From contig JAUSEK010000023.1 in the NCBI GenBank assembly GCA_030650275.1, positions 107,581 to 171,580 on the forward strand: 64,000 nucleotides of DNA, in the 5' to 3' direction. This document shows, one piece after another, positions 58,401 through 64,000 of the stretch; the stretch's first letter is position 1; every line of letters begins with the position of its first letter. The notes beneath the pieces were generated by a model, which saw only the letters and a list, made by a program, of their open reading frames with translations, made no database searches and had not been told where the DNA came from. This stretch comes from Candidatus Omnitrophota bacterium (GTDB lineage: Bacteria; Omnitrophota; Gorgyraeia; Zapsychrales; Fredricksoniimonadaceae). The translations under genes and the position numbers were made by a program.

Positions 58401-60343
58401 ATGATTACGGCGGCGGAATTCAAGATGCGCAGGACCTGGTTGATCTGTATCCGAATACCGTCTTACAACTTGGTTTGTACATGGTGGATGAATTGAATAA
58501 TGTAAATAGCGGTATATACGATGCGAATATTCGAAAGTTGGGGGAGTGGATCAAGCAAACAAGGCGTCCGGTGTATTTGCGCATTGGCTATGAATTTGAT
58601 TTGCCCGACAATAAGTATAAGCCGCAAGAATATATAAAGGCCTATCAAAAGATCGTCGACATATTGAGACAGCAAAAGGTAACGAATGTATCGTTTGTAT
58701 GGCATTCTGCAGTTTATCCGAGCCAAGAAAAATCTGCGCAGGACTGGTATCCGGGGGATGAATATGTTGATTGGGTCGCGATGACCCGTATGGATCCTTC
58801 ACAAGATTTACAAGGGACTCGGTTAGCTCAGTGGGCCAGAGGGCACAACAAACCTTTTATGATCGCGGAGGCATCTCCGATGGGTCGGAAGACTACGGAG
58901 GAAAAGAAAGTATGGTTCGACACTCTTTTGCCATTTATCAGACAAAACAATATCAAGGCCCTTGGGTATATCAACAGTAATTGGGATGCATTGGGTTTAT
59001 TTTGGGATAGGGGCTGGGGGGACCAGCAAGTGCAGAATGATCCGGCAATTCGTCAATTGTGGATGGACAGAGTCATCCAGGATGGTTCTTATTTGCAATC
59101 GTCAGCAGATCTATTCAGGCAATACCTCAATTTTAACCCAAGCCTTGACCGGGCGATGGCGGCCGCAGATCAGGCTGGGCCGGACGCGGCGATGAAGGTG
59201 ACGCGGCGTACTCTTTTGAGAGGCGCGGGCGCTACGGTGGCGGTGAGGGTATTGGAGGGGGCGTTTGGCAGCCTTGCACTGCAGGCAAGCGGGAACACCA
59301 ACGCTCCCGACAAGAATAGTGTTCTGGCGATGTCTTGGGATATCCTTGATAAGACGGCACTTCGGATGAATTTACCGAAAGCATTGCTTGAGAACATCAA
59401 GGCCGCGCTTCTGGAAGAGGCCACTAAAATATACTCAGAATACAAAGACACGCTTCCTCCAAGAGTACGCTCGATCCTCGGGGATGATTTTAGAAAGCCG
59501 GTTCCTTTTTACGCGCGGTGGCTTGTCAGCAGGTTTATCAAGAATGAGATCGAGCCAAGGATAAAATATCTCAGTAAATACACCGCCTTTCTTGACCCGG
59601 ATGAAGTGGGTATCTTAGATTCTGAGCCGGATTTGGTGAAATATTTCGTTAAAAGAACCGTGAGGTTATACGCTGAAAGAGGTCCGGATTGGATGACCGA
59701 GGAAGAAGCGGCTAAAAGCGTGATCGGTCTGTTTGCTTACTTGATCAAAGAAAGTAATGGCAAGTTTCCTCTTTCGCAGGAGGAAATTGGCAATTATTAT
59801 TATTTATTAAAGAGGGATAAACTCAATACCCTTACAGATTTCGATTTAAAGAATGTAAGGTTGGTGGAGGGTTATCGCGAAAGATTAAAGAAATATTACC
59901 GGATAAAATTTGCTCCGAATGAATTGCGTTGGGATATACAAAGTCAGAGAGGGGAAAGAGAGATTGTTCGGGTGGAATATCTACCGACCCATGATAATGT
60001 GCAAGTTATTGGATATGGTCTTGAAGAGTATAGTAAAATGGATCGTCGAGTGATCGCACTTTTGAGGTTGCGTGTTTATTTATCGGAGAAAAACGGGGGC
60101 GACCATCCGCAGACATCCACAGGCGGTATTGATTTCAATGCCGACAAGGTGGACAGCGCTTTTGCGGTGAAAAATAGCGGCGGCGCGATCAAATTTAACA
60201 TCGACCCCGCCATGCTCCAGCAATTACAGGATTCCCCCGGTTTCGTGCCCGTGATCATCAACGTCAGTCCGCTCAAAGACCTGCCTGCATTTTTGGGATC
60301 AAACGACCCTGTTCCAGTGTCTTCCAAAGCCGCTGCCCTTTAG
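55409..60343 (+). CDS. Large secreted modular protein, paralogue 2 (conserved N-domain, cargo including a GH26 domain, GGIDF tail)
   Basis: Signal peptide (..ALHA/QE); N- and C-termini shared with 35107-38097; GH26 motifs YLRIGYEFD, WYPGDEYVDW, KPFMIAE. Confidence 0.9.
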   Translation: MKYPVFRRLTCALVIITFTATMTPALHAQEISLPQPGVRVSLSPAFNPPVLKGLKVHSDNPFRFDFILDQGDSLPLVGRAREGDKQEQLKQEANKLIKYFLASLTVPEKDLWVNLSPYEKDRIVPTSFGQTEMGRDLLAQDYLLKQITASLIYPEDELGKTFWNRIYQEASRRYHTTNIPVNTFNKVWIVPEKAVVYENAQAGTAYVVESRLKVMLEEDYLALSKNTVGAQFIAPDKGSMNRTPTDVNSLGSQIIREIVIPALTKEINEGKNFAQLRQVYNSLILATWYKKKIKDSILNKVYSDRNKVLGIGYDTPTRGHVAGTASASNVSPSTLPSDPGLNAKAPQGNPPNDVEAIYQQYLTAFKKGVYNYIKEEQDPITQQIIPRKYFSGGVKWGMAMLQTTTDQAMLPQVVSDHAAIVQTNLNPADRAIFSNITSRADSAAASRRILSFNQAKMAFADFLLGRDGKSKQIVDLPRLVDSLNAMNKPTREKFLEWTVNMDDNWYQYGLSNHSKAKYRSLALLLMEMESHNRNAPAMKLWNFLSQRFGASRFHTEQWVSWQPAIDQNLLKDVLRIAKRYGLRAHGTLNFNMFGINKYSALNGFFQNEWGMLNIMIDGNLSRGSIGPLAPVEDEGNPNVAAALYGPFYIIVDKRQDEVLPERRLNEHDRVSRKDQLIYLVPSEKEVLFFSEGIREALHLGLIDQGIADEVLSKLMTYGQFVINQAALANLETPGGIDFKSDKVDSAQLSQDRAMMTRRNFLSSSVAAGIGLVLPNATLGQSLAGFGRTPIPDKPDQVQVRSITGFETHGNRYNLTFEGFNHNQGVIKSAGRQAREVGHFNFFIYPNGGSILRIVGEFPGINESAHFFSVNRDRDKINYIGSTDNSAALGDIALNEGLWVLLGEYLTTGSLPSEFDQQFNILFPRWAPLNSLTDRSPFNFSTGLVNVLSPRFVPPDDKTLLLVGQQRDIIEGYVRAVGVPGGFMSYTSIKHLEGLTTLDDYGGGIQDAQDLVDLYPNTVLQLGLYMVDELNNVNSGIYDANIRKLGEWIKQTRRPVYLRIGYEFDLPDNKYKPQEYIKAYQKIVDILRQQKVTNVSFVWHSAVYPSQEKSAQDWYPGDEYVDWVAMTRMDPSQDLQGTRLAQWARGHNKPFMIAEASPMGRKTTEEKKVWFDTLLPFIRQNNIKALGYINSNWDALGLFWDRGWGDQQVQNDPAIRQLWMDRVIQDGSYLQSSADLFRQYLNFNPSLDRAMAAADQAGPDAAMKVTRRTLLRGAGATVAVRVLEGAFGSLALQASGNTNAPDKNSVLAMSWDILDKTALRMNLPKALLENIKAALLEEATKIYSEYKDTLPPRVRSILGDDFRKPVPFYARWLVSRFIKNEIEPRIKYLSKYTAFLDPDEVGILDSEPDLVKYFVKRTVRLYAERGPDWMTEEEAAKSVIGLFAYLIKESNGKFPLSQEEIGNYYYLLKRDKLNTLTDFDLKNVRLVEGYRERLKKYYRIKFAPNELRWDIQSQRGEREIVRVEYLPTHDNVQVIGYGLEEYSKMDRRVIALLRLRVYLSEKNGGDHPQTSTGGIDFNADKVDSAFAVKNSGGAIKFNIDPAMLQQLQDSPGFVPVIINVSPLKDLPAFLGSNDPVPVSSKAAAL
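55626..55658 (+). repeat. In-frame REP-like element
   Basis: CCCTCCCCCTTGTGGGGAGGGCCAGGGAGGGGG, encodes SLPLVGRAREG. Confidence 0.8.
56088..56144. repeat. In-frame GTAG REP doublet
   Basis: CCGTAGGGGCGCAATTTATTGCGCCC and GGGTTCGATGAATCGAACCCCTACGG. Confidence 0.88.
56358..56460 (+). repeat. In-frame GGGGACA...TGTCCCC repeat, copy 3
   Basis: Near-identical to 36074-36174. Confidence 0.85.
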
Positions 60344-60439
60344 GTGAGAAATTAATACCTAATCCACATTTGGATTTACTAAACGAAATTCTACTTGCAC
60401 ATAGACAGGCAGGCGAAATTTATAGATTTAAGGTTTTTC

Positions 60440-60486
60440 TTGCGTCATTTCAATGCGCGTGGTATCTTTAATTGTACAATTGTATA
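60440..60486 (+). promoter_or_regulatory. TA promoter with TGTACA operator palindrome
   Basis: TTGCGT-17-TATCTT, then AATTGTACAATT. Confidence 0.6.
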
Positions 60487-60511
60487 TTATTAATGGACGG
60501 CAGGAGGGGTC

Positions 60512-60910
60512 ATGCGTTCGATCGTCGTTGATACTTCGGTTGTTTTGGCCGTTGCTTTGGGGGAACCAGAGAAGTTGAAGCTGGTTCGGATGACCAAAGG
60601 CGTTGCTTTATTGACCCCTGCTTCAATGAAATGGGAAATAGGTAACGCGCTTTCTGTTATGTTTAAGAAGAAACGGATCACGCTCAATGAAGCAAAGAAA
60701 GTTTGGGGCATTTGTATGGATATTCCGCTGCAATATGTGGATGTCGACCCTGTCAGGTCCCTTGAAATAGCTTTTGAGGGTGATCTGTATGCCTATGACG
60801 CGTATATGATCGCGTGCTGCCTTGAACGCAAGGCGCCATTATTAACGTTGGATCAGGTTTTATCGAAAAAGGCCGGGCTTTTTAACGTGTCCATGGAGGT
60901 TGTCATATGA
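60512..60910 (+). CDS. PIN-domain (VapC) toxin
   Basis: VVDTSV, EIGNAL, YAYDAY, LLTLD. Confidence 0.93.
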   Translation: MRSIVVDTSVVLAVALGEPEKLKLVRMTKGVALLTPASMKWEIGNALSVMFKKKRITLNEAKKVWGICMDIPLQYVDVDPVRSLEIAFEGDLYAYDAYMIACCLERKAPLLTLDQVLSKKAGLFNVSMEVVI

Positions 60911-61128
60911 AAATTTTTACCTATTCTCAATTTCGTCAAAAACTTGCCACCATTCTTGACTTAGCGCGCAGGGAAGGGCGGGTCATGATCAAACGCAAGG
61001 ATGGCTCCTTGTTTAATTTGTCCCCCGCAAGGCGCAACAACGGATCGCCTCTGGATGTGCGTTCGCTTAAAACAAAAGTCACGACCGTTGATATTATCAA
61101 CAGTGTCCGTGAAAGCCGTCAGCAGTAA
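60907..61128 (+). CDS. Phd/YefM-family antitoxin
   Basis: FTYSQFRQKLATILD, VMIKRKDG; ATGA coupling. Confidence 0.88.
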   Translation: MKIFTYSQFRQKLATILDLARREGRVMIKRKDGSLFNLSPARRNNGSPLDVRSLKTKVTTVDIINSVRESRQQ

Positions 61129-61163
61129 CCCCTGAAAATCTCTCCTTTGCGCTGAAAACCCCT

Positions 61164-61192
61164 TTGACACTCCCGTTGTATTTCTATATAAT
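61164..61192 (+). promoter_or_regulatory. Consensus sigma70 promoter of the lysS operon
   Basis: TTGACA-17-TATAAT. Confidence 0.8.
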
Positions 61193-61248
61193 AAAATATC
61201 TTAGAACATAGTTACTTATAAATAATTTAAGATGGAAAGATGGTTTTT

Positions 61249-62682
61249 ATGGCGGCTGACGAGACGAGGATCAATAAACTTAAAACATTGCGGCAAAAGG
61301 GGTTAGACCCCTATGGCCAGCGTTTCATACGCTCCCACGCGGTGGCGGATATCCTTAAGGATTTTAAAGAAGGCCTGAAGGTGATCACGGCCGGGCGCAT
61401 TACAGCCCACCGCGATCAGGGCAAGGTCCATTTCATGGACCTGACCGACCAAAGCGGAAAAATACAACTGTTTGTTAAGGCGGACAATCTTAGCCTCGAA
61501 GCCGCGGAATTGTTAAAAGCCCTGGACATCGGCGACATCATCGGCGTTCAAGGGGAAACATTCACAACCAAGACCGGCCAGAACAGCATCCGCGTTTTGA
61601 AGTATGACGTGCTGGCCAAGTCCTTGCGGAGTTTGCCGGAAAAATGGCATGGCTTGAAGGACGTGGACATCCGCTACCGCCAGCGTTATGTGGACCTGAT
61701 CGCCAACCCCGAAGTGCGCGACGTGTTCATCAAACGCAGCCGTATCGTGTCCTTGATCCGCAGCTTTCTCGACGGGCGGGGATTTCTGGAAGTGGAAACG
61801 CCGATCTTGCAGCCCATGGCCGGGGGGGCCCGCGGCAAGCCGTTCAAGTCCAGGCACAATACTTTGGACATGGATGTTTATCTTCGCATCGCGCCCGAAC
61901 TGTATCTCAAGCGTTTGCTGGTGGGCGGCATGGAAAAAGTGTACGAGATGAACCGCAATTTCCGCAATGAAGGCATTTCAACGCGGCATAATCCGGAATT
62001 CACCATGCTGGAGGTGTATCAGGCCTACGGGAATTTTGAGGACATGATGACATTGACCGAGGAGATGATCGCTTCCATCGTGAAGACGCTCAATGGTTCG
62101 TACAAGATCAAATATCAGGGGCAGGACATTGATTTCACGCCGCCGTGGCCGCGCCGTTCTTTCGCCCAGGTGGTCAAGGAGCGTTTTGACATCAACCCCC
62201 AGGACAGCGCCCAGGTCATGCTGGACAAGGTCAGGGCCAAACGTGGGGGGCATGCGAAGGTGGACCGTTTGACCCGCTCGGCGGTCATGAAGATCGTGGA
62301 AGAGGTCCTCGACGAGAAAGCTACGCCCAACCCGGTCTTTATGCTGGATTATTTTACGTTCCTCTCGCCCTTGGCCAAGGCCAAGCCGGATGACCCGGCC
62401 GTGGCCCAGCGTTTTGAATTTTTCATCGCGGGGCTTGAAGTGGGCAACGCCTATTCCGAGCTCAATGACCCGCAGGAACAGCGCCGTCGCCTGGAGGCGG
62501 ACCTGGACGACGATGAAACAGGCAACCGCGTCATTGACGAGGATTTTGTTACGGCCCTGGAATACGGCATGCCGCCCGCGGGCGGCCTGGGGGTCGGCAT
62601 TGACCGGCTCGTCATGATCTTGACGGATTCTCCGTCGATCCGTGATGTGATCTTGTTCCCATTGTTGAAACCGGAGCAATAA
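61249..62682 (+). CDS. lysS: Lysyl-tRNA synthetase (class II)
   Basis: LPEKWHGL, RYRQRY, RIAPELYLK, FRNEG, HNPEFT, YGMPPAGG. Confidence 0.98.
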   Translation: MAADETRINKLKTLRQKGLDPYGQRFIRSHAVADILKDFKEGLKVITAGRITAHRDQGKVHFMDLTDQSGKIQLFVKADNLSLEAAELLKALDIGDIIGVQGETFTTKTGQNSIRVLKYDVLAKSLRSLPEKWHGLKDVDIRYRQRYVDLIANPEVRDVFIKRSRIVSLIRSFLDGRGFLEVETPILQPMAGGARGKPFKSRHNTLDMDVYLRIAPELYLKRLLVGGMEKVYEMNRNFRNEGISTRHNPEFTMLEVYQAYGNFEDMMTLTEEMIASIVKTLNGSYKIKYQGQDIDFTPPWPRRSFAQVVKERFDINPQDSAQVMLDKVRAKRGGHAKVDRLTRSAVMKIVEEVLDEKATPNPVFMLDYFTFLSPLAKAKPDDPAVAQRFEFFIAGLEVGNAYSELNDPQEQRRRLEADLDDDETGNRVIDEDFVTALEYGMPPAGGLGVGIDRLVMILTDSPSIRDVILFPLLKPEQ

Positions 62683-62685
62683 TTT

Positions 62686-63882
62686 ATGGGATTCGCGAGC
62701 TGGATGGCCTACAGGTATTTGACGGCCAGGAAGGACAAATTCCTTTCGGTCATCAATGGTGTCGCCATTGCCGGCATCGCCATCGGCGTGGCGGCGCTGA
62801 TCGTCGTCATCGGGGTCATGAGCGGTTTTGATCATGAACTGCGCGAAAAGATCATCGGCGCCAATGCCCACGTTCTGGTGGAGCGCGAAACCGGCCTTGA
62901 ACAATATGCGGCCCTGCAGGACAAACTGAAAGTTTTGCCCGGGGTCATGGCCGCCACACCGTACATCCACGGCAATGTATTTCTGGAAAGCGGCCGCAAG
63001 GCCGCGAGTTTGATCCTGCGCGGGGTGGAACCCAAAAGTGAGGGCTCCGTGACCAAGATCGACCAATATCTGGCCCAGGGGGCCATCAAAGACCTGAAGC
63101 CCGATGAAGCCGTCATCGGCAGTCAAATAGCGTCGTTTTATGGTTTGCGCGTCGGAGATGATATGACCATCATCGCCCCGGCGTCCGGCATGGCCGGTGC
63201 CCCGTGGCGGTATCATTTTAAGGTGGCCGGCACTTTCACGTCGGGCATGTATGACTACGACATGAACCTGGTGCTGGTGGATCTGCGCAAAGCCCAGGAG
63301 ATCTTCCATACCGGGCCGGATACGGTGACCGGGATCGGGCTGAAGTTGCGCGATCCGCAAGCCGCCGGGGCCCTCAAGAAGAACATTTATGATCTGGCGG
63401 GATTCAGTTTTTCCGTGCGCACGTGGATGGAGAGCAATTCTAATTTCTTCGCGGCGCTGCAATTAGAGAAATTCGCGATGTTCATCATCCTCATCCTCAT
63501 CGTCCTGGTGGCATCGTTCAATATCATCAGCACCCTGATCGTGACCGTAACGGGCAAGGTCAGGGACATCGGCATCCTCAAGGCCATCGGCGCCTCTAAA
63601 GGCACGGTGGGCCGTTTGTTCATGTGGCAGGGATTGGCCGTGGGGATGCTGGGCACGTTTTGGGGTTTTACCGGCGGGGTGGGCTTGAGTTTGCTCTTGA
63701 AGAAATACCAGTTCATCCGCCTGCCACAGGACATTTATTACATTGACCATTTGCCGGTTTTAGTGCAGGCCTCCGACGTAGCGGTCATTGTCGCCGCGGC
63801 GATGCTGATCACTTATGCGGCCACAGTTTATCCGGCGATGAAGGCGGCTGATCTGGAGCCGGTGGAGGCCTTACGGTATTGA
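62686..63882 (+). CDS. lolE: Lipoprotein-releasing ABC permease LolC/E
   Basis: VMSGF, GMYDYD, VASFNII, DIGILKAIG, PVEALRY. Confidence 0.93.
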   Translation: MGFASWMAYRYLTARKDKFLSVINGVAIAGIAIGVAALIVVIGVMSGFDHELREKIIGANAHVLVERETGLEQYAALQDKLKVLPGVMAATPYIHGNVFLESGRKAASLILRGVEPKSEGSVTKIDQYLAQGAIKDLKPDEAVIGSQIASFYGLRVGDDMTIIAPASGMAGAPWRYHFKVAGTFTSGMYDYDMNLVLVDLRKAQEIFHTGPDTVTGIGLKLRDPQAAGALKKNIYDLAGFSFSVRTWMESNSNFFAALQLEKFAMFIILILIVLVASFNIISTLIVTVTGKVRDIGILKAIGASKGTVGRLFMWQGLAVGMLGTFWGFTGGVGLSLLLKKYQFIRLPQDIYYIDHLPVLVQASDVAVIVAAAMLITYAATVYPAMKAADLEPVEALRY

Positions 63883-63883
63883 T

Positions 63884-64000
63884 ATGCTGATCACCGCCCA
63901 TGACATTGACAAGTCCTACGGGCAGGGAAGCCAGACCCTGCGCGTTTTAAGCGATGTTGAATTTTCCGTTGAGGCAGGGGAAATGGTGGTCGTTGTCGGC
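63884..64000 (+). CDS. lolD: Lipoprotein-releasing ABC ATPase LolD (3' truncated by window)
   Basis: MLITAHDIDKSYGQGSQTLRVLSDVDFSVEAGEMVVVVG; synteny with lolE. Confidence 0.85.
   Translation, partial: MLITAHDIDKSYGQGSQTLRVLSDVEFSVEAGEMVVVVG

Noticed and set aside
55409-60343. Intein, autotransporter, RHS or classical integron explanation
   Set aside because: No Hint motifs, beta-barrel C-terminus or YD repeats; no integrase or attC pattern in the window
60512-61128. Toxin-before-antitoxin order
   Set aside because: Reverse-order type II TA operons are known; only the location is notable

Overview
Gene-dense, GC-rich bacterial chromosome segment, almost entirely + strand, from a diderm organism (lipid A, Bam, Lol and Mla genes). 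Gene content suggests Candidatus Omnitrophota/PVC, which is an inference. Most of the window is housekeeping: secA(partial)-lnt, cspA, trxA-panD-def-lipA, mlaEFD, greA, sugar-modification and RNA-modification genes, a PAS hybrid kinase with Hpt, hisG, ispE-tRNA-Gln-glmU-prs-rplY-pth-rpsF-ssb-rpsR-rplI-dnaB, bamA-skp-lpxD-lpxC/fabZ-lpxA-lpxI and lysS-lolE-lolD(partial). The standout feature is a pair of paralogous large secreted-protein genes (35107-38097 and 55409-60343). They share a ~430-aa N-terminal domain, a C-terminal GGIDF...PGFVPVIIN tail and an upstream promoter. Between these they carry unrelated lower-GC cargo modules joined by conserved D-x-A-M linkers: ART-like modules, a GH26 domain and internal Tat-like signals. 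Each gene is followed directly by a toxin-antitoxin pair, and different REP palindromes sit in frame at homologous loops. Also found: tiny ribosomal-protein genes missed by the ORF track (bL37-like, bS22-like), a recoded duplicate of the lpxI 5' end, an ORF6N palindrome family beside a radC remnant, a CutA-TlpA fusion and several leaderless promoters. No CRISPR array, rRNA, integrase or transposase was seen.
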